A DNA stretch of 64,000 bases from Acidimicrobiia bacterium (GTDB lineage: Bacteria; Actinomycetota; Acidimicrobiia; Acidimicrobiales; Aldehydirespiratoraceae). The notes below the pieces were generated by a model. The model worked only from the letters and a program-made list of their open reading frames with translations. It was not told the origin of the DNA and ran no database searches. The stretch is from assembly GCA_003231645.1 (NCBI GenBank), contig QIIW01000108.1:2443-66442 (forward strand), read 5' to 3'. The position numbers and the translations under genes were made by a program. Below are positions 37,953 through 48,065 of this stretch, piece after piece. The stretch's first letter is position 1, and each line of letters begins with the position of its first letter.

Positions 37953-39299
37953 TCAACCGTCGAGCATTTGCCGCGAGGTCTCGATCCACAGCTGGGTGCC
38001 GAGGGCGAGTGACTCGATGTCGACCCGTTCGTTGTGACCGTGGAAACGCTCGGAGAACAACTCGAAGGTGACTGACGGCGAGAACAGCCCGGCACCGTAG
38101 GCGACGGCGCCGGCCAACCGGAAGAACCTGGCATCGGTGCCTCCGACGATCAGCGACGGCTGCAGTCGCGCCCCGGGATGGGCCTTGGTCATGATCGCCT
38201 CCAGCACATCCCACATCGGTGTCCCGATCGGCGAACTGGTGGAGGGACTGTCGTGGATCGGTTCGACCTCGATCGCGTCATACAGATCGCCGAGGGCATT
38301 GCGAAGGTGGACGTCGACGTCGTCGTTGGTTTCGCCCGGCAGGGTACGGATGTCGACTTCGAGCAGCACCGAATCGGGGACCACGTTGGTCTTCACCCCG
38401 CCGGAGGCGACGTTGGGGCTGAACGTCGTGTGGGAGCAGGCGTGGAGATGACGGGCCTTGCCCCGGTTGGGCAACCGGGCGAGGGCGTCGTCGATGCGAC
38501 CGGGGTCGAGCAGCATCTGCTTGACATCGGCGTCGTAGGGCAGGTTGCCGACCTGGACCTTCCACAAGTCGTGGATCTGCGGTGTGGGGCGGTATTCGGC
38601 CAGCCGCCGCACCACCTCGGCCGCCTTTATCAAAGCGTTGTCGACCTCGTATGGCATCGAGCCGTGACCGGGCGTGCCCTTGACCCGCAGCCGCTGCCAG
38701 GCCACACCCTTCTCGGCGACGTTGAGGGTGAGCGCGGTGCCGTCCGCGGTGGCGGTGGGGATACCACCGAATTCGGTGAGCACGTAGTCGCACTTCACGA
38801 CGTCGGGATGGTTGGCGATCATCCATTCGGCGCCGTAGACGCCGCCGGCCTCCTCGTCGGCCACTCCGAAGAAAATCAGGTTGCCCTTCGGCTTGAAGCC
38901 CGAATCAGCGAGATGACGGAACGCCACCGCCATCTCGGCCGTCTGGCACAGCATGTCGATGGCACCTCGACCCCACACCTCGCCGTCGATCAACTCACCA
39001 CCGAAGGGATCACGATCCCAGCCATCGCGCGACACCGGCACGACATCTGTGTGCCCCATGAGACACAGCGAAGGGGCATCCGGATCGGACCCTTCGATAC
39101 GCGCCACCACCGACCGCCGACCCGGCGCCGATTCGTAGTGTTCCGAGTCGAGCCCGGCGCCCTCGAGGAAAGATTCGAGCAGGTCGGAGTTTCGGACCTC
39201 CTCGCCCGACTCGATGGTGCCGTAGTTCACACACTCGTTGCGGATCATCGCCTGGAGAAGCTCAGTGGTGGCGGCGGTGAGAGTCGGGTCGGTTTCCAT
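37953..39299 (-). CDS. M20/M25/M40 family metallo-hydrolase
   Basis: GHTDVVP, WGRGAIDM, ADEEAGG, GHGSMP, GGTDARF, HGHNER. Confidence 0.92.
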   Translation of the reverse strand: METDPTLTAATTELLQAMIRNECVNYGTIESGEEVRNSDLLESFLEGAGLDSEHYESAPGRRSVVARIEGSDPDAPSLCLMGHTDVVPVSRDGWDRDPFGGELIDGEVWGRGAIDMLCQTAEMAVAFRHLADSGFKPKGNLIFFGVADEEAGGVYGAEWMIANHPDVVKCDYVLTEFGGIPTATADGTALTLNVAEKGVAWQRLRVKGTPGHGSMPYEVDNALIKAAEVVRRLAEYRPTPQIHDLWKVQVGNLPYDADVKQMLLDPGRIDDALARLPNRGKARHLHACSHTTFSPNVASGGVKTNVVPDSVLLEVDIRTLPGETNDDVDVHLRNALGDLYDAIEVEPIHDSPSTSSPIGTPMWDVLEAIMTKAHPGARLQPSLIVGGTDARFFRLAGAVAYGAGLFSPSVTFELFSERFHGHNERVDIESLALGTQLWIETSRQMLDG

Positions 39300-39413
39300 G
39301 ATCGTTCCTCTCGACAGACTTGGTTGCCGGATCGACACTAGGTTCTCGGCAGCGTCATCTTGCAACAGCCGCTGCCGCGTCAACACACTCGGCGGCACCG
39401 GGAAGGGGAACGA

Positions 39414-40955
39414 ATGCAGGTCGAGCTCACAATTGCCGATCACCTTCGCCGAGCCTCACAGGTCTACGGCGATCGGGTCGGGATCATCGACGAACCCGAC
39501 CAGGGCGCGCCGCCCCTCGGTGGTGCCGAAGGAATCACCTACCGGCGCTTCGAGGAACTCTCGACGGCCCTGGCCGCCGGCCTCGACGATCTCGGGCTGC
39601 CGATCGGCGCACGCGTCGCGATGGTGTCCCACAACTCGGCCCGCCTGCTGGTTCATCTGTTCGGCACCAGTGCATTCGGCCGGATCGGAGTGCCGATCAA
39701 CTTCCGACTCGGTCTCGATGAGGTGCAGTTCATCGTCGATCACAGCGGAGCCGATGTGCTGATCATCGACCCCGAGCTCGAAGCCACCCTCGGCGACACC
39801 AAGGTCGCACATCGCTTCATCGCCGGCGATGAATCCGACTCGTTGTTCAGGTTCGGCGTCGAGCCGCAACCTTGGCAGGCCGACGAGAACGCCACGGCCA
39901 CCATCAACTACACGAGCGGTACCACCGCCCGACCCAAAGGTGTCGAGCTGACCCACCGCAACCTCTGGATCAACGCCATCACGTTCGCTTGGCCGGCCGG
40001 GGTCAACGACCGCGATGTCTACCTCCACACCCTGCCGATGTTCCACTGCAACGGCTGGGGCATGCCCTACGCCATGAGTTCGGTGGGGGCCAAGCAGATA
40101 GTTCTCCGCAAGGTCGACGGGCACGAGATCCTGAAGCGCATAGATGAACACGATGTGACCATGCTGTGTGGCGCGCCCGCGGTGGTCGCAGCCGTGCTCG
40201 ACGCCGCCGCCGACTGGCCCGGCGAGATACCCGGACGCGACCGCGTGCGGATGTGCGTGGCCGGCGCTCCGCCACCGACCCGCACGATCGAACGCATGGA
40301 GACCGAACTCGGCTGGGAGTTCATCCAGCTCTACGGTCTCACCGAGACCGCACCGATTCTCACGCTGAACCGCAGCCGGGCCGAGTGGGATGACCTCACC
40401 CCGGCCGACCGGGCGGTGAAGCTGGGCCGGGCCGGCGTGCCGGTTCTGGGGGTGAGCATGGACATAACGCCCGACGGCGAACTGCTCGCCCGGGGCAATG
40501 TCGTGCTCAAGAGCTACTGGAACCAACCCGACGAGACCGCCAGGGCGCTCGAGAACGGATGGTTCCACACCGGCGACGGCGGCACGGTCGACGATGAGAA
40601 CTACTTCAGCATCTCCGATCGCAAGAAGGATGTGATCATCACCGGTGGCGAGAACGTCTCGTCGATCGAGGTGGAGAACTGCCTCTTCGATCATCCCGCC
40701 GTCGCCGAGGTCGCGGTGATCGGTGTACCCGACGAGAAGTGGGGGGAGATGGTGAAGGCCCTCGTGGTGTTGGCTCCGGGAAGCGCGGCGTCCGAGCGGG
40801 ATCTCATCGATCACTGCCGCGAGCGCATGGCCCACTTCAAGTGTCCGAAGTCGGTTGACCTCGTCGACGAACTGGCCCGCACCGCCACCGGCAAGCTCCA
40901 GAAATTCAAACTACGCGAACGCTACTGGGTGGGTCGAGACAAGCAGATCAACTGA
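39414..40955 (+). CDS. AMP-binding acyl-CoA synthetase
   Basis: NYTSGTTARPKG, TLPMFHCNGWG, YGLTET, FHTGD, TATGKLQK. Confidence 0.92.
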   Translation: MQVELTIADHLRRASQVYGDRVGIIDEPDQGAPPLGGAEGITYRRFEELSTALAAGLDDLGLPIGARVAMVSHNSARLLVHLFGTSAFGRIGVPINFRLGLDEVQFIVDHSGADVLIIDPELEATLGDTKVAHRFIAGDESDSLFRFGVEPQPWQADENATATINYTSGTTARPKGVELTHRNLWINAITFAWPAGVNDRDVYLHTLPMFHCNGWGMPYAMSSVGAKQIVLRKVDGHEILKRIDEHDVTMLCGAPAVVAAVLDAAADWPGEIPGRDRVRMCVAGAPPPTRTIERMETELGWEFIQLYGLTETAPILTLNRSRAEWDDLTPADRAVKLGRAGVPVLGVSMDITPDGELLARGNVVLKSYWNQPDETARALENGWFHTGDGGTVDDENYFSISDRKKDVIITGGENVSSIEVENCLFDHPAVAEVAVIGVPDEKWGEMVKALVVLAPGSAASERDLIDHCRERMAHFKCPKSVDLVDELARTATGKLQKFKLRERYWVGRDKQIN

Positions 40956-40965
40956 AATCTGCGTC

Positions 40966-43068
40966 TCAGCGGGCGTCGGCTTGGTGATCCGACGCCAGCG
41001 GGACCCGCCAGATGATGGTCGACCCCTCACCGCGGACCGATCGAATCTCGACGCGACCGCCGAGACCCTCGGCCCGAGCCTCGATGTTGTCGAGCCCGAG
41101 ACCCGATCGACGGCGCGAGAGGAAGCCGGCGCCATCGTCGGTGACCCGGAGGCACAACTCCGAACCCGCTACGGCCTCGATGTCGACCTCCACCGTGCCG
41201 GCGCCGGAATGTCTCACCGCGTTCGACATCAGTTCGTTGATGACAGGCAACAACTCGTCGGCCATGTGGGTGGGCACCGAGACCAGGTCGCCCGTGAGGT
41301 TGAGACTGACCGATGGGCCGTCATCGCTGCGGAAGCTGTGGACCAATGTCTGAACGTCGGTCTGGAGTTCGGCCTCTGACGACGAGAGACGAAAGATCGT
41401 CTCTCGGATGACATCGATGGTCTCGTCGAGGCTCATGACGGTCTCGGCTGCTCTCTCGTCAAGCCCCTCGGAGCCTCGCGCCGCCTGCAGACGCATTCCG
41501 ATCGCCAGCAGGCGCTGGATGACCAGATCATGCAGATCACGGCCGATCCGCTCGCGGTCCTCGACCACGAAGAGTTCACGACGGTCCTGACGCGAACGAG
41601 CCAACTGCAGACCGAGCGCCGCCTCGTTGGCGAGGGCCTCGATCATGGCGTAGCCGTCGGGGTCGGCATCCACATCGAGGTTCGGACCACCCACCACCAT
41701 CACCCGCTCGACTTCACCCCGGACGAGCAGCGGGACCTCGAGGTGACGGATTCCATCCGACGATTCGGGCGTTGGTTCACCGACGCCGACGATCTTGACG
41801 GTGAGGTCCGGGAACAGCGATTCGACGGCTCGGCAGACCTTGTCGTCGACTTCGGTGGCCGCCGGTTCGGACAACAGGTGCATGCGGACATCGCCGAGAG
41901 CCGACAAGAACCTGACTCGACGGTCGCGTTCCGCCTCGGCCGCCACCCGCTCACGGATGTCAATGGCATGGGCCAGGCGGTAGGGGAGCCCGGTCTCCGA
42001 TTCGATATTGGTGGCATGCACCGCGCACCAGACCGGGTTGCCCTCACCGTCGAGGTAGCGCTTCTCGACCGAAAAGAAACCCTCCCGTGCCTGCTTGGCG
42101 TGCTCGGCCGAGCTGACACGGTCGTCGGGGTAGGTGATCTCGTTGACCGTGCTGCCGACCAGTTCGCTCTCAGACCGTCCCAGCATCTCGCACATGGCGT
42201 TGTTCACCTCGGCCACGCGGCGCAGGCCGGGATCCGACAGGTCGGTGATCATCATTGCCACCGGTGCCCGGTCGAACGCGGCCCGGAACGCGGTCTCACT
42301 CGACCGGAGGGCCTTCTCGGAGTCGAGTCGGGCCGAAATGTCACGCGATATGGCAATGAAGAAGCCACCGGTGAGGCGGGTCGGAGATTCGACGTAGTGG
42401 ATCAGGATCTCGACCGGCCGCCTGCCGTCGTTGATGCAGCACAACTCGAAGGTGTCGGTGTAGCTGTCGAGCCCACCGCTCCTGAGTCTGGCCACGACCC
42501 CGTTGAACCGTTCCGGATCGAGCCCCTCCACCAGGTCGAACGGGGTCATGTCGAGCAGCTCTGCGGCGGTGAAGCCGGTCTGGTTGCGTGCGCCGTTGTT
42601 GACGTAGGTGATCCTCGACCCTGCCTCGTCGAAGACGAACACGCCGTCCTCGACCGAATCGAGCGCCAAGCGGGCCATCATCGTCTCGAGATCAGATTGG
42701 ATCCGATCGGTGACGTCGCGCACCGCCGCCATCACCGTCATCTCGTCGCCTGAACCGACCGGGCTCAGGCTCACCTCGGCCGGGAACAACGAGCCGTCGA
42801 GACGTCGGCCCATCACCTGGGCTTGGCGCGATGACATCGATCTACGGCTCGGATTCGACCCATAGCCTCCGCGACGGTCGGCGTGGCCGCGGCGCGGCGC
42901 TTCGGGAATCAGGGCGTCGACCGACGTGCCGATCAGTCCCATCGGAGCGAACCCGAACAGGCGGTGAGCCAATTCGTTGGCGTAGCCGATCTCACCATCG
43001 AGTCCGACGAGAAGAATGGCATCAGGGGCCGCGTCGAGCAGATCGAACGTGTGCTCCTCGAGCTTCAT
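40966..43068 (-). CDS. Soluble multi-PAS sensor histidine kinase (HisKA_3, DevS/NarX-type transmitter)
   Basis: Three PAS/PAC repeats, GAF-like segment, ERIGRDLHDLVIQRL H-box, ELMSNAVRH, DDGAG, GLGLDNI; no TM. Confidence 0.9.
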   Translation of the reverse strand: MKLEEHTFDLLDAAPDAILLVGLDGEIGYANELAHRLFGFAPMGLIGTSVDALIPEAPRRGHADRRGGYGSNPSRRSMSSRQAQVMGRRLDGSLFPAEVSLSPVGSGDEMTVMAAVRDVTDRIQSDLETMMARLALDSVEDGVFVFDEAGSRITYVNNGARNQTGFTAAELLDMTPFDLVEGLDPERFNGVVARLRSGGLDSYTDTFELCCINDGRRPVEILIHYVESPTRLTGGFFIAISRDISARLDSEKALRSSETAFRAAFDRAPVAMMITDLSDPGLRRVAEVNNAMCEMLGRSESELVGSTVNEITYPDDRVSSAEHAKQAREGFFSVEKRYLDGEGNPVWCAVHATNIESETGLPYRLAHAIDIRERVAAEAERDRRVRFLSALGDVRMHLLSEPAATEVDDKVCRAVESLFPDLTVKIVGVGEPTPESSDGIRHLEVPLLVRGEVERVMVVGGPNLDVDADPDGYAMIEALANEAALGLQLARSRQDRRELFVVEDRERIGRDLHDLVIQRLLAIGMRLQAARGSEGLDERAAETVMSLDETIDVIRETIFRLSSSEAELQTDVQTLVHSFRSDDGPSVSLNLTGDLVSVPTHMADELLPVINELMSNAVRHSGAGTVEVDIEAVAGSELCLRVTDDGAGFLSRRRSGLGLDNIEARAEGLGGRVEIRSVRGEGSTIIWRVPLASDHQADAR

Positions 43069-43158
43069 CGGAGCAGTGTTGCACGCCCGGCGACCGATGC
43101 ACACGTCGATGGTGTGCACAGCTCGGGCGCCCGACCGGGGCCGTGGACCTCTGTGGGT

Positions 43159-43848
43159 CTACTGCTCCTCGCGAAGACGTCGCCGTTCGTCGATGCGGGC
43201 TGCGGTGGCTGCCGCTTCGGTGCGGCGAGACATTCCGAGCTTCGACAGCAGGTTCGACACGTAGTTCTTCACCGTCTTCTCGGCCAGATACATATCGTCG
43301 GCGATCTGACGGTTGGAGTAGCCCTCGCCGATCAGCTCAAAGATCCGGTATTCCTGAGGGGTGAGAGTGGCAACCCTGCCCTCCTCGGTCTGACGGAACC
43401 TCTGCAGCCCCAGCCTCACATCGGTCTTGCCGAGAAGCTGAACTCCGTCGGCGACCTTGCGGATCGACTCGATCAGCTCGTTGCTGCGGATCTGCTTGAG
43501 CACGTAACCGGCCGCGCCCGCCATCGCGGCATCTACGAGCGCGTGATCATCGGCAAACGAGGTGAGTATCAGGCAGGCAATCTCGGGATGCTGCGACCGG
43601 ATCTCGCGACAGACCTCGATGCCGTTTCCGTTGCCATCGCCCAAGCGAACGTCGAGCACTGCCACGTCGGGGCTGTGGCGCTCGATCGCGGCAAGAGCCT
43701 CCTTGGATGTGCCGGCCTCGGCGATCACCTCCATGTCGGGCTCGGCGTTGACGAGATCGCCCACTCCGCGCCGAACGATCTCGTGGTCGTCGAGAAGAAA
43801 CACCTGAATTGTGCGGCCAATCCCCGTGTCGGCGGCCTCTTCACTCAT
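43159..43848 (-). CDS. devR: NarL/LuxR-family response regulator, DevR(DosR)-like
   Basis: FLLDDHEIVRRG, LDVRLGDGNG, LAEKTVKNYVSNLLSKLGM.RRTEAA. Confidence 0.8.
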   Translation of the reverse strand: MSEEAADTGIGRTIQVFLLDDHEIVRRGVGDLVNAEPDMEVIAEAGTSKEALAAIERHSPDVAVLDVRLGDGNGNGIEVCREIRSQHPEIACLILTSFADDHALVDAAMAGAAGYVLKQIRSNELIESIRKVADGVQLLGKTDVRLGLQRFRQTEEGRVATLTPQEYRIFELIGEGYSNRQIADDMYLAEKTVKNYVSNLLSKLGMSRRTEAAATAARIDERRRLREEQ

Positions 43849-43901
43849 TCGCTGACCTCACTGGTTCGACTACAAAGTCGGCCAATTCGCCGGGGGTGGA
43901 C

Positions 43902-43919
43902 AAGGGCCATAGGTCACAC
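43902..43919. promoter_or_regulatory. Putative DevR/DosR box
   Basis: aaGGGCCatagGTCACac resembles GGGAC-N4-GTCCC, about 55 bp upstream of the devR-like start. Confidence 0.5.
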
Positions 43920-43931
43920 TCTCGCCCCGCT

Positions 43932-44588
43932 TCACCCGTCATCCGACCGAATTCGGCGATCGAGTCGGTCGCTTCCGGCGTCCATCCCCGGCATCTGGAC
44001 CTCGACCGCGCCACGAAGTCGGGCCGCCAGATCAATCACGATCTCCTCGACTTCCGGCCAGTTCCGAGCCCGCAGACCGTCGAAGTCACGGTTGTAGGGC
44101 TGTTCGAAAACGATCACCTGATTGCCGGCGGCCCGCAGTGAGTCGATGTTGTGGGGAGCGTCGTCGATGTAGCAGTCGGCCTCGACCTCGGGCTTGGCTC
44201 CCAGGAAGCAGATGTCGCGGTAGGGAATCCGGTGACGGTCGAGCCAACTGACCGTGTCGGAGATCGCCGCGGCGTGGCCCCAGTTGACGTAGAGACGGTG
44301 GGTGACCACGCGTATCCAGATGCCCGCGTCGGACAGGCGCCACAGCGCCTCAGCCGCGCCCTCGATCATCGGTAGGTCCCGAAGCATGCGTCGTTGGTTG
44401 ACCGCAATCTCGTGGAGTTTGTCGAAGTCGCGCTGGTCGATTCCCCATTCGGCGAAGTCCCACGATCTCTCGATCGGCAGAGTCTCGGGGTCACGGCTCA
44501 ACACGTCGGCAACCACATCACGGAACCCGAGTGTGTAGTCGGCCACCACACCATCCAGGTCGACGCCGAAAACGAATGGTCTGGACAC
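43932..44588 (-). CDS. NT5C-type 5'(3')-deoxyribonucleotidase (HAD)
   Basis: GVDLDGVVADY, VVTHR, K..VEADCYIDDAPHN, FEQPYN. Confidence 0.87.
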   Translation of the reverse strand: MSRPFVFGVDLDGVVADYTLGFRDVVADVLSRDPETLPIERSWDFAEWGIDQRDFDKLHEIAVNQRRMLRDLPMIEGAAEALWRLSDAGIWIRVVTHRLYVNWGHAAAISDTVSWLDRHRIPYRDICFLGAKPEVEADCYIDDAPHNIDSLRAAGNQVIVFEQPYNRDFDGLRARNWPEVEEIVIDLAARLRGAVEVQMPGMDAGSDRLDRRIRSDDG

Positions 44589-44613
44589 GCCGTGAGCCTG
44601 CCACACTGCACGG

Positions 44614-45180
44614 ATGAAACGAGGACGCTTGAGACTCGGGATAGATCTCGACGGTGTGGTAGCCGACTTCAACGGCGGCTGGATCACCCGCTACAACCGC
44701 GACTTCGGAGCCGATCTGAGCGTCGACCAGATCATCGAATGGGATGCCCCGACTCATCTCACCCACTTCTCCGCAATGAGCGAGTTCTGGGCCTGGGCCC
44801 GTACCTGCGGCGAAGGTCGAAGTCTGTTTCGCCCGCTCGACACCTACCCCGGAGCGGTGGATTCACTGAATGCCCTGAGACAAGGCGGGCATCGAATCGT
44901 GATCCTCACCACCAAGCCTGATTTCGCGGTTCACGACACCTACGCCTGGTTGTCACAGCACGAGATTCCCACCGAGGAGGTCCACATCCTCGACGACAAG
45001 ACCACTGTCGAGTGCGATGTCTACCTCGACGATGCCGACCACAACCTCGAGGCCCTCAGCCGGGTGAGAAGCAGCGCGACGGTCTGTCGCTTCATCCGAC
45101 CCTGGAATTCACCGGCCGACCGACTGGTCGACATCACCGGCTGGCCCGATTTCGTGGAGTTGGTCGGCTCGACCCGGTAG
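44614..45180 (+). CDS. NT5C-type 5'(3')-deoxyribonucleotidase (HAD), paralog
   Basis: GIDLDGVVADF, ILTTK, K..VECDVYLDDADHN, RPWN. Confidence 0.87.
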   Translation: MKRGRLRLGIDLDGVVADFNGGWITRYNRDFGADLSVDQIIEWDAPTHLTHFSAMSEFWAWARTCGEGRSLFRPLDTYPGAVDSLNALRQGGHRIVILTTKPDFAVHDTYAWLSQHEIPTEEVHILDDKTTVECDVYLDDADHNLEALSRVRSSATVCRFIRPWNSPADRLVDITGWPDFVELVGSTR

Positions 45181-45285
45181 GTCGCGTGAACCGGTCGTGG
45201 ATCACATATTTGGAGCGCGGTTGGACTTGAACGGGTCCACCCGCACTAGGTTGTCCGGTCTACCTACGTTGAACTGGAGGGTTCC

Positions 45286-46431
45286 ATGAGGACAACGAAA
45301 CTTCTTGCAGTGCTACTGGCGCTGTCGTTCGTGGCCGCGGCTTGCGGCAGCAACAGCGGCAGCAACACGGCCTCACCGACCACGGCCGCACCGACCACGG
45401 CTGCACCGACCACGGCCGCACCGACCACCACGGCCGCCAAGTCGGAGCATCCCGACTGGCCCAAGAAGCTCGTGTTCGGCTTCGTCCCAAGCCAGGAGCA
45501 GGACACGCTGCAGGACGACATTCAGCCGTTCATCAAAGTGTTGTCCGCCGGCCTCGGTATCGACGTCAAAGGCATCGTCACCACCGACTACACCGGCTTG
45601 GTCACCGCTATGGGCACCGGCAAGGCCGACCTCGGCGCATTCGGTCCGTTCGGCTACACCCTCGGCGTCGACCAGTTCGGCAACATGCAGGCGCTGATCC
45701 AGTCGATCCGTTTCGGTTCTGCCACCTACCACGGCCAATGGATGACCAACAACCCGAGCGCCGTCTGCAACGGGACGCCGGTGCCTGCCACCGCCCTGGA
45801 GAACACCCCTGACGGCATCGTTCAGGTCCCGGCCCTCAAAGCCGTGGCCCTCGAGGTCGGCGTCTACTTCGGCGACAACGGCAAGGCCCTGGGCGAAACC
45901 GTCGACGCCGGTCCGGTCTCCCCCGGCTCCAGTTGCATCGGCGATGTCAGCAAGGTGAAGGGCATGACCGTGGCGTTCACCAGCGAGAGCTCGACCTCCG
46001 GCTACCTGTTCCCGGCGCTCGAGCTCACTCAGCTGGGCATCGACCCCGCCACCGACATCACCCCGATATTCACCGGTAGCCACGACGCTTCGGTCACCGC
46101 CGTCTACAACGGTGACGCCGAAATCGGTCTCTCGTTCGACGACGCGCGCCGAACCATCCGCAAGGAAAAGCCCGATGTCGGAGCCAAGGACATCGTGTTC
46201 TCCATCACACCCGAGATCCCCAATGACGTCGTTGCCGTCCGCACCGACCTTCCGCAGGATCTCAAGGACGCCATCTACAACACGGTGGCCGACTACCTCA
46301 AGACCGACCAGGGCAAGAAGATCTTCGACAGCATCTACGGGTGGACCTCGGTTCGTCGGGCCAACGAGTCCGACTTCGACATCGTCCGCAAGGCCGCCCA
46401 GGCCCTCGGAATCAGCCAGCCCCCCGGGTGA
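45286..46431 (+). CDS. phnD: PhnD-like phosphate/phosphite/phosphonate ABC substrate-binding lipoprotein
   Basis: Lipobox AAAC, FGFVPS, TDY..LV.AM, SSTSGYLFP, GSHDAS, IPND. Confidence 0.88.
   Translation: MRTTKLLAVLLALSFVAAACGSNSGSNTASPTTAAPTTAAPTTAAPTTTAAKSEHPDWPKKLVFGFVPSQEQDTLQDDIQPFIKVLSAGLGIDVKGIVTTDYTGLVTAMGTGKADLGAFGPFGYTLGVDQFGNMQALIQSIRFGSATYHGQWMTNNPSAVCNGTPVPATALENTPDGIVQVPALKAVALEVGVYFGDNGKALGETVDAGPVSPGSSCIGDVSKVKGMTVAFTSESSTSGYLFPALELTQLGIDPATDITPIFTGSHDASVTAVYNGDAEIGLSFDDARRTIRKEKPDVGAKDIVFSITPEIPNDVVAVRTDLPQDLKDAIYNTVADYLKTDQGKKIFDSIYGWTSVRRANESDFDIVRKAAQALGISQPPG
45376..45428 (+). repeat. 15-bp tandem repeat (ccgaccacggcYgca x3 plus partial) encoding a PTTAA linker
   Basis: Directly visible within phnD. 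Confidence 0.9.
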
Positions 46432-46487
46432 TCATCTGAGCCGATCCCGACCGACCGACCACCTCACGATCCCCCACAGGTTTCGCA

Positions 46488-47264
46488 ATGATCCGATTCG
46501 AGAACGTCTCCGTCACCTACCGTGGCGGCGTCAAGGCACTGCGAAACCTCGATCTCACGATTGAGGACGGGGAGTTCGTGGTGGTGGTCGGTTTGTCGGG
46601 AGCAGGCAAGTCGACCCTGCTGAGAGTCCTCAACGGGCTGGTCCCGGCCACCGAAGGTTCGATCCTCGTCGATGGAACCGAGGTGGTCGGGGCATCGGCC
46701 CGCACCCTGCGGGAGGTGCGATCCCACATAGGGATGATCTTCCAGACCTTCAACCTGGTCGAACGCACCACCGTCGTCAACAACGTCCTGATGGGGCGCC
46801 TGTCGACCGTGACGGCGTGGCGATCGACGTTCGGCTTGTGGCCGGCATCGGCCCGTGCCGCGGCCATGGAGGCCCTCGAGCGCGTCGGGATCGTCGACAA
46901 GGCCTACGTCAGAGCCTCAAATCTCTCAGGCGGTCAGCAGCAGCGGGTGGGTATCGCCAGAGCGCTGGCCCAGAATCCGACGTTGATGCTGGCCGATGAG
47001 CCGGTTGCGGCGCTCGATCCCGTCACCAGCCGCCAGGTGATGGGTGACCTCCAGCGCATCAACCAAGAGCTGGGAATCACCACCCTGATCAATCTCCACT
47101 ATCTCGATCTGGCCCAGGAATACGGTCGTCGGCTGGTCGGTCTCAACGGTGGTGAACTCGTGTACGACGGCCAGATCGAAGACGCCACCCCCGAGACCTT
47201 CTCCTCGATATACGGCCGTGAGATCTCCTCGACCGACGTGCTGGTCGACCACGACCAGTCGTGA
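46488..47264 (+). CDS. phnC: Phosphonate ABC transporter ATP-binding protein
   Basis: GLSGAGKSTLLR, NVLMGRL, LSGGQQQRVGIARAL, ADEPVAALDP, INLH. Confidence 0.92.
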   Translation: MIRFENVSVTYRGGVKALRNLDLTIEDGEFVVVVGLSGAGKSTLLRVLNGLVPATEGSILVDGTEVVGASARTLREVRSHIGMIFQTFNLVERTTVVNNVLMGRLSTVTAWRSTFGLWPASARAAAMEALERVGIVDKAYVRASNLSGGQQQRVGIARALAQNPTLMLADEPVAALDPVTSRQVMGDLQRINQELGITTLINLHYLDLAQEYGRRLVGLNGGELVYDGQIEDATPETFSSIYGREISSTDVLVDHDQS

Positions 47265-48064
47265 CCGCGCCGTCCTCCCCCCCCACGACCTGGCCGACCA
47301 AGCCCCGCCCACGGGTCTCGATTCTCATCGGCGCGATCCTCGCCATCGCGTTCACCGTCTACTCCGCTCGCCAGGTCGACATGAGGTTCTCGACGTTCGC
47401 CGACGTGTGGACCAACCCGCTGTGGGAGAAGTTCTGGCCGATTCCCTGGGAATGGGTGTTCGACCGCCGCAACGTCATCAATCCGCTGATCGAAACCTTC
47501 CAGATCGCCATCATCTCCACCGTCATCGGCTGCAGCATCGCTCTACCGGTGTCGTTCGCGATGTCGCGTCTCACCACCCCCAACTCGGTGACCTACTACT
47601 CGAGCCGCGTGGTCATGAACATCGTGCGGGCGATTCCCGACCTCTTCTGGGCCAAGCTCCTCGTCACCGCGGTCGGCGTCGGCGCCTTCGCCGGCTCGTG
47701 GGCGCTCTCGATCTTCTCACTCGCCGTGATGGTCAAGCTGTTCAGCGAGGACATCGACGGCGCCGACCCCCGTCCGCTCGAGGCGGCCAAGGCCGCCGGC
47801 GGTCGCCACATTCCTTCGGTGGCCACCGGCGTATTCCCCACGGTATTTCCGGCCTACGTTTCCTACTCGCTCTACGTTTTCGAACTCAACATCAGGGCAT
47901 CGCTGGTCTTGGGTCTGGTCGGCGCGGGCGGCGTCGGACGGGTGATCGAAGCCCAACGCCAGTTCTTCCGTTTCGGACGCATCCTCGGCATCCTCGTCAT
48001 CATCTTCGTGGTCGTGGTCGTGCTTGAACAGGTCAGCGTGGCCGTCCGCAAGAGGTTGGTCTGA
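47261..48064 (+). CDS. phnE: Phosphonate ABC transporter permease
   Basis: RAIPDL, KLFSEDID, FELNIRASLVLGLVGAGGVG. Confidence 0.9.
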   Translation: MTAPSSPPTTWPTKPRPRVSILIGAILAIAFTVYSARQVDMRFSTFADVWTNPLWEKFWPIPWEWVFDRRNVINPLIETFQIAIISTVIGCSIALPVSFAMSRLTTPNSVTYYSSRVVMNIVRAIPDLFWAKLLVTAVGVGAFAGSWALSIFSLAVMVKLFSEDIDGADPRPLEAAKAAGGRHIPSVATGVFPTVFPAYVSYSLYVFELNIRASLVLGLVGAGGVGRVIEAQRQFFRFGRILGILVIIFVVVVVLEQVSVAVRKRLV

Positions 48065-48065
48065 C

